DNA of 64,000 nucleotides from Rhizodiscina lignyota (Eukaryota): NCBI GenBank assembly GCA_010015805.1, contig ML978121.1, positions 1,116,001 to 1,180,000 of the forward strand, read 5' to 3'. Shown piece by piece: positions 50,937 to 64,000 of this stretch (position 1 is its first letter; each line of letters starts with the position of its first letter). The notes under the pieces were generated by a model. It saw only the letters and a program-made list of their open reading frames with translations, ran no database searches and was not told where the DNA came from. The position numbers and the translations under genes were made by a program.

Positions 50937-53900
50937 TCATCCGCGCGCCCTCTTCCCACCACGACCAGCGCTGTCCTCTTCCCCATCATATGGCCGCTTG
51001 TTCCCTCCCTGACCACCTGCACCAGGTATAAACTGGTTAGCTCCAGCATTGAGGCTCATATTGCCGCCTCCTCGACCTCTTCCTTGGCCTCTGCCGCCTC
51101 CCCTGGGTAGGTTGGTCTGATTGCCACCTCGCTGCTGAGCCTGGCCAGCAATTGGAATACCTGTTTGTGGCTGCTGGTATTGCATCTGCTGGTTTGGCAT
51201 TTGAGACATGCCGCCCGCTTGGCCACCTCGTCCCCCACCACCACGCATGTTCATATTGCCGCGAGGAACGCCGCTACGTGGGATGCCAGAGCCGCGTTGG
51301 TTCTGGTTGTTCCCTTGCTGAAGGATTCCAGCTAGTGCAGCAGGGCCGGTTCCGAAGTTCCCTGATGGCCGAGAGTGAGCGGCATTCTGATGTGGCATCT
51401 GAGGCAGCTGCTGCATCGGTGATGCTTGAGTAGCCAAAGGCGATTGCATAGACTTCGTATTCATTGGTGTAGGGGAAGGGACTCCTCCTACTTGACCTTG
51501 CTGGGCTGGAGAGCTCGGAAACACTGTGGGTTGTTGAGCGTTGGGAGCAGCTGATGCGGAGTCTCCAGGGACGCCTTGAGAAGCCCGACGCTGGCCCTCT
51601 TGCGGAGCTAGTCCTGCTGGCTGAGGCTGGGCTGGAGGCGCGGCCGCTGGCTGTGAGGTTGCAGGTTGTGCTGCCGCTTGCTGCGGAGAAGCTGCTGGTG
51701 GTGCCTTGACGTTCTTCGCAATCTCCCACACCTCTGAGACTGGTCGCTGTGGTGTATCTCGGGCTGCTGTCTCTACGACTTCAATCTTCGCCTGTGCATT
51801 CCTCTCGCGATTTTGCGCCATGTTCACTATGAGCTTTGACCTGCTGTTTTCCATCTTCACCGCCTGCTCCTTGACCTGTTCTGCCTTCTTACTCGTCTCC
51901 GCAAGCTTTTCTTCCATGATCTTCTGCTGCTCGGCCTCAACCTGTTGTCGAAGCGCATCTTTCTGCTGGTTCACCACCTTTGTGATGTTGCGTCTCACTA
52001 TATCTTTGATGGTGGGGTTATCATTAACGAGCGCCTTCATGTCCTCCTCGGTGAAATTCTCGGGCAATTTCGGCGCCTCAACTTTAACTGCAGATCCTGG
52101 CGTGGCAGGAGCCGCCATTGAAGAGGTGTCTTGCTGAGGTGCAGCAGTAGTGGTCGATGGAGCTCGAGTTTGAAGGCGCTCAATCTCCACGCGGTGACTT
52201 TCGTTCAAGCGCTGAATCTCTTCGCGGTGGCTCTCGTTCAAGCGTTGAATCTCCATGTCATGCTCAGCTTTCAGGCTCGCCAAAGCGTCCTCCTTCTCTT
52301 GCTTGCTAGACTCTATACGCTCTTTTAGTTTCGTGTTGAGTTGGGATTTCATGCCATCCGTTCGCTTATGGAACTGCTCCTCGAGTGCTTTCATGCGCTC
52401 ATCGTATTGAGCCTCCAACTCAATGCGGCGAGTTTCAATCTGTTCGGAGCTTTGTTCAGTAACTGGAGTCGAAGTGTTCTGGTCGGTATTGGCATTGACG
52501 ATTGTGGTTGCTGCGGTGGCGCGGAGTGTTTCGACTTCTTGTTGGGCAGTTGAAAGCTCTGCTTTGAGCTTCTCGAGATGGTCGAGGTTTGCGGTGTCCG
52601 GGGATGCTTGAATCGGATTTGCAGTGGCCTGCAATGATGACAGCTCAGACGTAGTTGTATCAAGCTTTTGCTGCAAATCATTAACTTGCGCCTCGAGCCC
52701 TTGCACCTGGCCTTGAAGCTTTTCAACCTCGGCCTGCAACGCAGCTGCGCGCTCTGCCTCCTCCTTGGCCTTTGTCTCAGCTGCTACTGCGCGCGACTCA
52801 AGAGCGGCCTTTTCTTCAGCAGAGAACCCAATACCTTCATCCTCTTGGATGCCATTCTGCATGACAACATCGTTGGCGGCTCCAGCATTGCGTGTGGCCT
52901 CATCTCTCGCCGCTTTCACCTGTTCCAGCTCTTCTCTCACAGCGTCCAATTCTGTAGTCAGCTGTTGCACCTTTTCCAAGCCTTCCTGGATCGCGGTATC
53001 CTTCTCTTTGATCTTTGCAGACAGCTCTCGTGACCTGCCCTTGAATTGCTCGGTCAGACGTTCCCTCAGATCCTTCCGAGACTCCTCCTGTGCAAGTCGT
53101 ATTTGCTCAGGGATGCTATCGATCTGCTCCTGAAGCGGTTGCTTCTCAGCCTGTAATTGATCACGCTCGCCTTCCAGGGTAGTGATCTGGTTCTTGAGGG
53201 CTTCAAGCTCAGCAGGATCAACGCGGTCGTACTTCTGAAGGATGTTCTGTGTTCGGGTCTGCCACCTATCGCGATCCTCTTGAAGTAACTTGATCTCGCC
53301 TTCCTTAGTCTCCAGCTCGTTCTCCACGTCCCGAATGCGTGTCTGGGCCGGCTCGAGCTGTGCCATCAGATTTTCAACCTGCTGCACCTTTTCGGCAAGT
53401 TGGTTTCGGGCCTGATGAGCTTCGTTTCGGAGGGAAGCGTTACTCTCACGGAACAGATTGAGCTCATTGATAGTTTGCATCAGCTTGCTGTGACTCGTTG
53501 CGCTCTGTTCCCGATCGGCCTGAGACTGACGCTCTTGGCTCAATTTTTCTCGAGTCTGATCAAGTTGGCTTTGGGTATGATCCAGTTGTTGCTTCAGACG
53601 TTTGGACTCTTGGATGGAGAGCTCGTACTGAACGTCCACAATTTCCTTCTCGCGGCGTAAGTAGCGAATAACTTCCTGGAGATTGTCCACCCCGGATCCT
53701 AGCGATGCAGAGGTATCATCTTCTGCGCTTGATGCTCGGTTCTGTTTCAAGGCAGCTATCTGCGAGCTGACGTTGTCGAGTTGCTGATGAAGGAGCTTGT
53801 TCTGCGCATTGACTTCGTCGCGGCGTGTCCTGAGCTCAGTGAGTTCCCGCTCATACTGACTACGCCTCTCCGTCCAGCTCTCTTCATTTTGACTCAAGGT

Positions 53901-56900
53901 TGTCCGTGCTGCCTCTGCTTCCGCTCGGATCTGTGCAACTTCCGTTTTGAGAGTGTTGAAATCTGTGCGAACTTGTTGAAGATTCTTTGCCGCCTCAGCA
54001 TGTTTAACGAGTTCATCCTCATAGCTCTGTTGCGCTTGCTGTGCAATTTGAGCTTGTGCCTTCAAGTCCTCTTGATGAAGCTTGGAAGTTTCGAGGTAGC
54101 GTTCCGCTTCATCTTTCAAGCGAGCAATTTCAGCATCGTAGATTGCCTTCTGCTCGTTGAGTTTCGAAGCTTCTTCCTCTTGCTGTGTGCGGAGGCTGGT
54201 CAGCTCACGGTTGGTGCTTGTAAGCTCTTCAGAAATCTCTTCAACGCGCTTTTCCAGATCTTGGATCTTAGCGTCCTTTTCGCTGATAAGACGGTCCGTC
54301 TCTTCACGGTACTGATCGTTCGTCTCGTTCAAGCTCTGAAGCTCTTCTTCAGAGGACTGGCTGATTGCTTTGTATTGCTCGACGTGAGCCTTTGCCTGGT
54401 CCAGTTCTGCTCTGCTGAGATCCAGATCTCGCTTGAGTTGGGTGATTTCGAGTTGCAGATCTTGCTCACGCGTGAGATTCGTCGCCTCCATCTCCTCGTT
54501 ATCGGCCGACGTCCCACTCGCAGCAGGCCGTGATGTAGGTCTCGGTTGCAGAGTCTGTGCCCTCTCTTCCGCACTCCGTAGTTCAATCTTCATCTCATCA
54601 ACCCGAGCCTGAAGGTGATCTCGCTGGGTCTTTGCGGCAATCAGCTCCTCACGAGCCCCACTTAAGCTCTTCATCAGATCGTCAATACGGGTACGGTTCT
54701 GGTCCGATTCATATTCCCTCCGCAGAGTTGCTTTCCTGCTCTCTTCTACTTCCTCATCCAACTTCCTCTTTGTGGCTGCGATCTCCACTTCCAGGCTCTC
54801 CACCCGACCTTGGAGTCTTCGACGAGTTTCGGAATCGGAGAGCTCGCGTTCGTTCTGCAAATTCTGCAGGTCACTGATCATCTTGTTCAAGCGGCTGCGC
54901 TCCTCCATTAAGAGTTGGTTGTCCTCAGTAAGTCGGCCTTCAATCTTCTTCCACAGTTCTCGCTCAGCCTTGAGATTCGCGGTCTCGTTTCGCATACTTT
55001 CAGCGAGGCCCTTAGCTTCAACAAGCTCTTCCGCAACTTGTTGGGTTCGAAGGTCCTGTTTTGCGGCAATTTCGGAAAGCGACTGTGATCGCTTCTGCAA
55101 CTCCGTGTTTTCGGTTTTGAGCATATCGAAGTTGGATTTGAGCAAATCGTACCGCTCATGACCAAGCGTGACCTGGCTATTTGCACGTGCAAGTTCACCC
55201 TGGAGCTCGCTCTTCTCCTTGCCCAGATGATTGACTTGTTGCCTGAGTGCTTCGTGATCTGTGGAGGCCTCCTGTCTGTAAGAATCGAAATGGCTCTGCA
55301 ACTCCTTGAGAAGTTTGGCGTAGTCTGCGAGATCCTTCGCGTTCGCAGGTTGCTCAATGCTTTGTGCAAAAGCGCCTTGCGGTGGTGTTCCTGGAGCCAC
55401 ACTGCCATCGACAGACTGTCCAAATACTGACGCCAGATCTGAACCTGGTGGGAGCTGACCACGATGTGAGAGCATACGGCGGAACATGTCGCGCTCTCGG
55501 ATATAGCTCTCTGAACGCGTTGTAATGGCCTTCAGCTCATCTTGGTGCCGTTGCACACGCTCTCTGAGGTCCTCCAGCTCTGCCCGGTCCTTCTGTTGCT
55601 GCTGCTGCTTTGCCTGGGCCTCTTCTCCCTCCATTCGCTCCCCAAGCTCTCGTGTAAGGTGCAGCAGCTTCGCATTCTGCTCTTGTAGCTCGTTAACGTT
55701 CTTGAATAACGTCAAATGTGTGCTGATGAATCGTCCTGTATCAGACATTCCTTGCAGGGACGCGATGTCAAGCTCCCCACGAGCAGCCTGCTCCAATTGC
55801 ATTTGTTCAGTAGCACTCAAAGAGCTCAAGCCTTGATCTCGTGCCTGAATTTCAACGAGAAGGATCTTAATCTGTGCGCTCAGATCCCGCGTTTGTTGAC
55901 GAAGGAGGTCAGTTTCACGATTCAGTCCCTCCAACTGGCCCTCAGATCTACGTGCGTCCTTCCTTATGGCATCGCGGTCGGCAGTGATTTCTTCCAACAG
56001 GCGAGAGAGGTCCTCGACCTCGGCCTGCAGTCTGTCGTGATCCATCTTCAGCTCCTCAAGCTCAGGACCCTTCGTCTCCATCATCTGGAGCATCTCGTCC
56101 AGGTTTCGGCGAAGCTCGTCGTTGCTGTTTCGCTCCCTTTGTAGGTCGGTCTTCATTTGTGCATGCTCGGAGTATAGCTGAGTGAACGATAGACCGCCCT
56201 TCATCCTAGAAGATCCTGGGGAAAATGGCGATGGAGAGCCTGCTCGACCAGGTGTGCCCATGCTGAGTCCATTAAGATTACGTCGAGGAGTACCAGGCAT
56301 GGGTTGGGCTTGCTGTGCCGCAGCTAGATCTCCCTCCAGTCTCTCCACTTGCGATTCAAGTTCAGCTATCCTGTTTTCGCTCCTCTCCCGTTCTGAATGT
56401 AGCGTCTGCAGTTCCGCCTGTAACTCTCCAATCTCTTCAGCTGCCTTGTCCCTGTATCGGTCGAGATTCTCGGAAACCTCCTGAAGGCGGGAGCGTGCTG
56501 TATCGGCTGACTGTTTCTGAAGATCGGCGAGACGTCGTGCACTGTCTAGTTCCGCTCTGAAGGATTCCTCGGCCTTTGCGGCAGATTCCTGGAGCTGCTG
56601 TATCCTTTGGAAAGAATCTTCCGCCTTCGAGTTGACTTCTTCCAAGCGAGTACGCAGGGTCGTCTCGGTGCGTCGCAGAGCCTCAATGGTCTGTGTTGCG
56701 TCTTCGTTCGCTCGCTGTAGCTCAGCAACACGTGCATTCTTCTCTTTACGGAACTTGGTCTGCTCTGCAGTCCTCGTCTTGAGCTCATTCTCGTGCCACT
56801 CATTGTTTCGCTTCAGCAAATCAACCTCCTGCTGCAGGCTCTGTTCCCGGAATTTGGTTGAGGTAGCTGTATTGTCAGCGGCCTGATTCTTGGCCTCAAG

Positions 56901-57471
56901 CTCAGAGACTTCGCGCCGCAAGGCTACGATCTTCTGGTGTTGGGTTGATAGTTCTTCAGCGAGTCGATCGTGTGCAGTGGATTTAGCTTCGAGAAGCGCC
57001 AAAGTATCTCTATTCGAGGCCTCGAGGGTTGTGATGCGCGAGTGCAATGTCTCCACTTCAGACGATGAAGTAGAACTGGAGGATTTGAGGGTTTGCAACT
57101 CCTCTTCTACCGCTCTGCGGGCGTTCTCTGTCACAGAAGTTAGGAGTATTACATATCACTAGGTGTAAACCAAACACACCTTCATTGTTGAGCTTGGTTG
57201 TCAGCTCTCCAACCTCCTTCAATGCTTTGTCTAATGACGCTTTAAGGGCGCGCGCTCGCGCTTCACCTGTTCGAACGGCATTTTCGAGTTCGACATCCGA
57301 GCGTAATTTGTCGGCGGTGATAGAATCGTATTCTCGAGCTTTTGATTCCAGTTGCTCAAGAAGAACTTGAACAAGCTCAATGGTTGGTGCCTCGAGAAGC
57401 GTGTGAATCGTAGGTTCCGGCACGTTGAACGACGCGGCAAGGTATGGCGTGTCGATAGTTGCGCCCGCCAT
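50937..57471 (-). CDS. MLP1: Nuclear basket coiled-coil nucleoporin Mlp1/TPR
   Basis: More than 2100 aa of coiled coil with the TPR/Mlp hallmarks TQLYSE, YEDELVKHA, YLRREKEI and LNLFRESN, plus an RGG-rich tail with an NLS-like end. One intron at ~57128-57179. Confidence 0.92.
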
Positions 57472-57864
57472 GTTTTGAGAGGGTGGTGGTTGCGACTCTA
57501 ACGCATGGTTGTTGAGAAGTTAGAGCCCAAGTTTAAAGAACAAGGGAAGCGTGGTGTTGGATTGAACACAAAGGGCTCCGTGGTACAATGCTCTGAAAGC
57601 ATCACCACGCCGCTGGCCCATGCAGGTGAAAGCGACGCGCTCTTCCGAGTAGATTTTCCGTTCCGGAGCTCTCTCTCTCCGGATGCCAAGACTTCCGCAT
57701 TGACGTGCTACTGACCATTCACCGAAGGTCTATTCAGGTCCATTCACACTTTCAACGTTCGCACTTAGCGCCAATGCCGTGAGTAAAAAGTTTAAAAGGC
57801 AGCTCTGCCTGCCTTTCAATGCGACTTCCCTCATCTTACCACATCATCGATATTCAAGGGCAAA

Positions 57865-58569
57865 ATGGAATCAGTATCGGCCTACTCGCAGCCCTCCAAC
57901 ACCGGATTCGGTGTCAGTCTGCCCACGCAGCTTTTCTACACAGAGGAGTACCTCAAAGACAAAGATCGGCCTATGACCTTCGAGGACATATGGAGCTACC
58001 TATCCATCCCCGCCGACTCAGACACCACCGAAGCCGTGCTCAAACAACACCTACAGAGCGGGCGAGTCAAGGTCATCTACGATCCGAAAGGCTTCGGCGG
58101 CCAAGGCAGCTATCGCTATCGGCCAAAACATGATGTGCGCTCGGCAGAGCAGTTGAAGGAATACCTCCAAAAGCAGACAACAATGCAAGGTGTCGATGTC
58201 AAGGAGTTGAGGGACGGCTGGAAGGACGCGCAGCCCGCGATCAACGCGCTGGAGGCGAGGGCCGAGTTACGGGTGACGCGCAACAAGAACGGAGAGGCGA
58301 AGGCAGTGTGGGCGGACGACCCGTCACTGAAACAAGATATCAGACCCGACTTCAAGGCGGCCTGGCAGGTTTCGAGGTTGCCAGCGAATTCGGAAGAACT
58401 GCGAACTCAATTGCTAGACGCAGGATTGAAGCCAGCAACGGAGAGGAAAGTGGTACAGTCGGCTGGTAAGCCAAAAGAGAAGAAGAGAAAGGGTCCAAGG
58501 CAGTCGGGCAGGATGACGAATGTCCACATGCAGGGCTTGTTGAAGGATTATTCCTATTTGAAGAGATGA
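57865..58569 (+). CDS. TFA2: Transcription initiation factor TFIIE beta subunit
   Basis: YSQP...TQL...YLK, YRYRPKHDVRS, GVDVKELRDGW, RMTNVHMQGLLKDYS. The true start may lie in an upstream exon (ATG at 57774). Confidence 0.82.
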   Translation: MESVSAYSQPSNTGFGVSLPTQLFYTEEYLKDKDRPMTFEDIWSYLSIPADSDTTEAVLKQHLQSGRVKVIYDPKGFGGQGSYRYRPKHDVRSAEQLKEYLQKQTTMQGVDVKELRDGWKDAQPAINALEARAELRVTRNKNGEAKAVWADDPSLKQDIRPDFKAAWQVSRLPANSEELRTQLLDAGLKPATERKVVQSAGKPKEKKRKGPRQSGRMTNVHMQGLLKDYSYLKR

Positions 58570-59028
58570 AATAGAAGTGCATTAGCGACGGAATACAGCA
58601 TCTACTCATACAGAAATGCTTCATTGCAAGGATACGAATCCCCTATCTGATAAAGATGAGCATCTGTTGGGCAGATGAAGAGTTGCCTTGCGTTGGTCCG
58701 ATGATCAAACTTGATTCTAACACCATCTTCTCGGGTTGAATGATCTATTAAGTTACTCAAGCAGTTATTACACTAGATTCAACTGCAATGCAAGCGATGA
58801 AAGCAAACTAAGAGCCATCCCAGGGGGTATCTCAGACGTCAGAACGTAATCGCCGTACTCGAAGTACACTTTCCGTGGCCAACCCAGTGGAACTCCCCGT
58901 GAAACAAAACGTCCTTAGAAGCCAAGGCTTTGTGAATTTCAGCCTGGTACACCCTCTCAGTACCGGAAAGCGCCTTTGCTGCCCATGAAAGCATATTACA
59001 ACTCAGGACGAGTGAGAAATATAAGGCA

Positions 59029-60967
59029 TTAGCGCATTCGTGACGACATGCCCTGATAGGCATTGGTCTGCGGGGTTTGCAGATTCTGGTAGGCATAGGC
59101 GGGCGTACCCCACTGCATCTGCCGGCCGTAGAGGTTGTTTGCGTTCTGCTGCCCAGCCGTGGAAGTTGCGGCTGGAGCATACGTCGGCTGAGTCGCTGGG
59201 CTCGGGAACGTATTCTGCCTCTGGACTTGTGGAGTTCCATAATTTGGCTGTGTCGGAGTCTGAGTCTGTGTGGCAGTCGGATACGACTGGTTAGTAGTCT
59301 GGGCAATTTGGTACGCCATAGTACTGTATCCATTGCTTTGGGGAGTGCGATCGTCATGCGCTGCATGCGAGCGAATGCCACTGACTTGCGGTGTTCGACG
59401 AGGTGCAGGCGTCGGGCGTATCTTTTCTGCTTCGAGTTGCTTAACACGTTCTTCAGCTTCCACTAACTTCTCTTTAATGAGGGCCAGTTCCGTCTTTGTC
59501 TCAAACAACTGTGACTCTACGTCCGGCGTTACAGCCGGGGGACCTGCCGCCGTTAGGTCAATAGGGACTGGTTGGCTCGCGTTGGAATACTGCTGTGCGG
59601 CGGTCGGGTCGGCTGGCATTTGCGGAAGCAGACGATTATCCGGAGAGTCCGGATCTAGGTAAAAGCAGGGCCAAGAGCGCATACGACATGAATGACAGTG
59701 TGGCCGTTGGCCATCGCATTTCATTCGTTTGCTTCGGCAAATAGCACAGCTGTTACGAGGTTTGTTTGGCTGCGGCCGGTTGGCCTGGACTACTTCTTGG
59801 GGACCAGACGGTTCCTCTCCCTCCGGTTGGTTTGGATGCTGGTTTCCGTCTGCTGCCGCTTGTGCGGACTCTGCTCCAGGTTCCTGATTTCCCTCCTCCT
59901 CCGTGCGGATCAGCTCAAGCAACGAGCGAAGGCTTTCTTGACGCAAATCAGCCTCGGCAGTATTCGAAGACTTCTTGGCCTTCTTCTTTTTCTCCTTTGG
60001 CTTGATCACGCGGGCTGGTTGTATGTTTTGTTCTTGTTCCCGGGCAACGGCAATAGCTTGATCAAGATATTGCGGATTCCTTACACTGTAAGGCATCAGT
60101 GATTCATTAGGAGCAAAGTGCTCCGTGGAAACATAGAGTCATACCGATTAGGATGTTGGATCTCCCAGTCTCGCCTCCTCTTTGCGTCTTTCCGAGGTGG
60201 CGGCGCGCGTTCCTCGTAAGTCTCATGAAGCGGAATATGCCTGTACACAATATCCGCGCATTGTCTGAGAGAGTTGAACTTGACGGCCATGACACCCTTG
60301 CAGTCGTACACGGGCTTGTAGGCCCTCTTGCCTGTTGACGGTCAGTCTCTGAGAGCCAGGTTCGTAAAGAACTTATTAAAAATTACCTGCAGACCCCGTC
60401 TTTCCATTGGCAACACGATCTTTGTTCAATAGAGAATCATTACAATAGTATGAAAATCTGTAGTCGTCACCGCTCTTCCAGTTGTTGTGGAAGGCATAGC
60501 GAAAGCCATCGACGTGTTGGATCGACTCGATGAAGCATTTGGCAATGGAGCGTTGCCGCTTCATCGTCTCCTTGGTGTCATCTTGTGGAATGAGTGCTTC
60601 CGCTATGCTCAGGGGCTTTTTCTCTGTCACCACGAGATGCCCGGCATCTGTGTTTGCAACCTGTCACGGGACGCGTAAGTTCGTGTTACGCGTTATGACA
60701 AAAACATTGTACAGGTCAACAGTCGAGGAGAACACGTACAAGAAGCGTCACGCCGCCCCAGACTTCGATCTCACATTGTGAGTGTTCTGGGTCTGCGCCT
60801 GGATCGTCCAAATAGCTGCGAAGGGATGTCTCGAACTCTTCAAGAGACGAGACGGTCAGTTTTGTTACAGCCAAGTTGGGATCGCGAGAAGGACGGGTGG
60901 AACGGCGCGACGCGGGATCGTTTGACCAGATTGCTGAAGCGTCGTTTGCATCGCCGTCCTGCTCCAT
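59029..60967 (-). CDS. Multi-exon protein with an internal Zn(II)2Cys6 cluster
   Basis: CAICRSKRMKCDGQRPHCHSCRMRSWPCFY. Upstream exons at ~60967-60740, ~60660-60390 and ~60330-60145 are joined by GT-AG introns. Confidence 0.75.
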
Positions 60968-61774
60968 GGCGGCCCTGACGCTTGTTGGCACCTCGTGTAC
61001 CGGGAATGTATTGTTTTAGACCGGTTCCGTGTAGTAGTAGGGGTTTGAGTGAGGAGATTAGTAGAGAGGATTCTGAGTGTGGTGAAAGACGATCGGCTGC
61101 CCTGGCAAGGTTTGGCACTGGGGCAGGGTGCGGATGACGAAAAAATGGGCCTCGCCAAGGCGGGCGCGAGCTTAAAATGTCGAGTTGAGCTGAACTCGAA
61201 CACATGTCGTTCAGTGCGACACCTGGCATTGTGGGGGCCTCTGCGGTGATCGAACGCTTTATTACGAATCAGTTCGAGGGAGAGAAGCCCTTCTTTAAAT
61301 CTAGCGACACCATACGATAAGGTTCTGGAGCGTATGTGACAGAGACTCTACATTGTTGTGGCACCAGAGGCTGACATTGTAACTATTGCCAAGCGATCGT
61401 GCTTGCGGAGCCTAGAACATAGCTTGACCTCTCTTTTACTGGGTCTCGAGTAGGGTAGCTTGTATAATGATTACAGCTCACATTTGAACCGAATGCTGAT
61501 TCCATTTCATCGATCCTATTCCGCCCAGTGCCATTATGGATTCCTACATTGAGGCCGTTTCACCTCAGGCAGGGCTACGCATGCAGAGCCCCGCCGCTCA
61601 CGTAGCGAGACATGTATCTTTGCTTTTCTCCAGCGCACACCAGGAAAGCTCCAATACCTGCCCCCCTCCGTCACACGCCCACTTGGAGCTTCTAGCGCCT
61701 CTCCTTCACTTTCCTTGCTCTCCTCCTGTGTAACTCAATTTTCAATACCTACTTAACTCTCAGTACGAGCAAGA

Positions 61775-63325
61775 ATGTCTGTTTCAAGAGACGCCAAAGA
61801 GGTGAAGGTTATCCCACGGCGATTCTCCACCGCCAAAGAGCCCAGCACCAACGGTACGAGATACAGAACCCTCAATTGCTTTAGTAGCCCTGCTAATGTG
61901 ATGTCCAAGAACAAAACTCCGAGGCACATGTCAAGTTCCGAGCCCACGAAGCTCACCGCCCTCATGCCGGACTCGATGCTTCGCGCGCAAGCACTGGAGT
62001 AGTGTGGTGCTCAGAGCACGCCTACGAACACGGATTCCTTGACCACCCTGAGGAATGGGCAAACCTTGGACAGGGCGCACCAGAGGTGGAAGATGATATT
62101 GAGGGATGTTTCGAACGCCCGCACACCATCAATGTCTCCATGAGCGGACGTGAATATGGTCCCACCGCTGGCATTAAACCTCTGCGTCACGCAGTTGCGA
62201 ACCTCTACAATGAGCACCACAGGCAGGGAAAGGATAGCAAATACACCTGGGAGAATGTGTGCATTGTCCCTGGAGGACGAGCGGGGTTGATCAGAATCGC
62301 GGCGGTGCTTGGACAGGCGTATCTGGCATTCTTCATGCCCGACTACACCGCCTACAACGAGATGTTGAGCCTGTTCAGGAACTTCTCCACGATTCCTATT
62401 CCCCTCAGCCGCGCCGACAAATACCAAATCCACCCAGCCAAGATTGCCGAAGAAGTGGCTCGCGGTACAAGTGTGATATTGACCTCGAATCCGAGGAATC
62501 CCACAGGTCGCATGATTGTGAAGCCGGAGCTGGCAGAGATCCAGGACATCTGCCGCGATCGCGTGACGCTGATCATGGATGAGTTCTACTGCGGCTATAA
62601 CTACACCACCGACTGCGATGGGTCCGTCGTCTCAGCGGCAGACAACGTGGAAGACGTTGACCGGGACGACGTCATCATCATTGACGGGCTCACGAAGCGC
62701 TTCAGGCTTCCCGGTTGGCGTGTGGCTTGGGTTGTCGGCCCCAAGGAATTCATATCTGCCATCGGAAGCTGCGGCTCATACCTAGATGGTGGCACCAACG
62801 TCCCCTTCCAAGAAGCCGCTGTCAGCATGCTGGAGCCCACGAAAGTTCGCAATGAGATGAAGGCTCTCCAATCTCACTTCCGTGACAAACGAGACTACGT
62901 GATGGGAAGACTCAGGAAGATGGGTTTCAACCTGCCCTACACTCCGGACAGTACCTTCTATCTTTGGCTCAACCTCGAGCAGCTGCCGGAAGGCGTGAAC
63001 GATGGCTTGAATTTCTTCAACGCCTGCTTAGAGGAGAAGGTAATTGTCGTACCTGGAATCTTCTTCGATCTGAATCCATCGAAGAGAAGGGACTTGTTCG
63101 ACAGCCCCTGCCATCGTAAGTTGCACATGAGTGGCTTGTATTCAGCTGAATCTGACGATCGTCACAGACTATGTTCGTCTATCGTACGGACCGCGTATGG
63201 ACGTGCTTGAGAGAGGTCTCGACGCCATAGAGCGCATCGTGAAAAAGTAAGGAGAAACTCGAATCCAAACTCGGTTAAATGCTAACTGGTACTTACTTTA
63301 TAGATATGGACTGAAAGATGCTTAG
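61775..63325 (+). CDS. PLP-dependent aminotransferase, class I/II
   Basis: WANLGQGAPE, YGPTAGIKPLR, SNPRNPTG, MDEFY, DGLTKRFRLPGWR (PLP lysine), and a spliced YVRLSYGP...KYGLKDA*. Confidence 0.92.
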
Positions 63326-64000
63326 ACGGTGGAATAGCTGAAGCAGCTGGCGAGTCGGTAGAAACCTGCAGGCACATGATTAACCCAAATGGGATTCGAT
63401 ACATAGCTGAATACCAAAATACATGACTTTTCCTTTCCTTCTGCTCTATCCTGTTTGTTCACGAACATAGTTTGCGCAGTATCAACTCTTGAGCTTATAG
63501 TTAGTGGAGAGTGGTAGTGGGAGTCGGTAGTCCGACCGAGCTTCTGAACGTCGCGAGCATGTTAGTCAGTCATGTTGCGATTATGCTAGGATCCTTTCCA
63601 AGTTCCAACCGGCTTAACCTTCAGCATCAAGGTCCGACAACTACCAGGTATAGAGCTCGACTTGCTTCATGTTCTGCTGCGGTCTTCATTACTTCAAGCA
63701 ATTCCTCTGCCTGTCATTAACCCTTTTCCCTTCCATTTCTCTCCCTTGTCAATTGAAATGACACTGCTCTCTTGGAGGAGATTAATCATCTCCAAGGCAT
63801 CAAAAACGCAAGGGCATGGGATGAGTTACGCAAGCACGAGCCATAGACACTGCAGAGCGAAATATCTTACGCGCACGCATCTCACACGAACACAGGAAGC
63901 ATCAGCCACATCCAGATTCAATTAAATAATTCTACAATGGAAAAAATAAAAATAAAATATGAGACTAGTCCGAATCTTTCCGTGGTCATAACGATGCACG

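Overview
Intron-containing DNA from a filamentous ascomycete (Pezizomycotina), with GT-AG introns and CTAAC-type branch points throughout. The ORF track therefore fragments most genes. (1) 1-14 kb: a putative betaine/N-methyl-glycine catabolic cluster. It holds an intronless, actinobacterial-like dimethylglycine oxidase, a frameshifted RidA, a sarcosine-oxidase-family flavoenzyme ending in SKL, a serine/threonine dehydratase, a Zn2Cys6 regulator and a Rieske oxygenase. (2) 16-29 kb and 38-64 kb: mostly conserved genes (hydantoin-racemase family, TIM9, RhoGAP, cullin-4, homogentisate dioxygenase, V-ATPase subunit a, MER3, UDP-Gal transporter, MLP1/TPR, TFIIE-beta, a Zn-cluster protein, an aminotransferase). 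(3) 29.4-38 kb: an accessory-looking interval holding the main find. This is a divergent two-gene dikaritin-type RiPP locus, made of a 5-exon DUF3328/UstYa-family oxidase with both HxxHC motifs and an 85-aa secreted Kex2-repeat precursor that is absent from the ORF track. The precursor's two alternating cores (AICGAEWNI and E[V/I]ACGPK[W/stop]) contain no Tyr and share a C-G-x-x-W motif, which suggests a Cys-Trp-based chemistry unlike the Tyr-ether dikaritins. All gene models were assembled by eye and no database searches were run.
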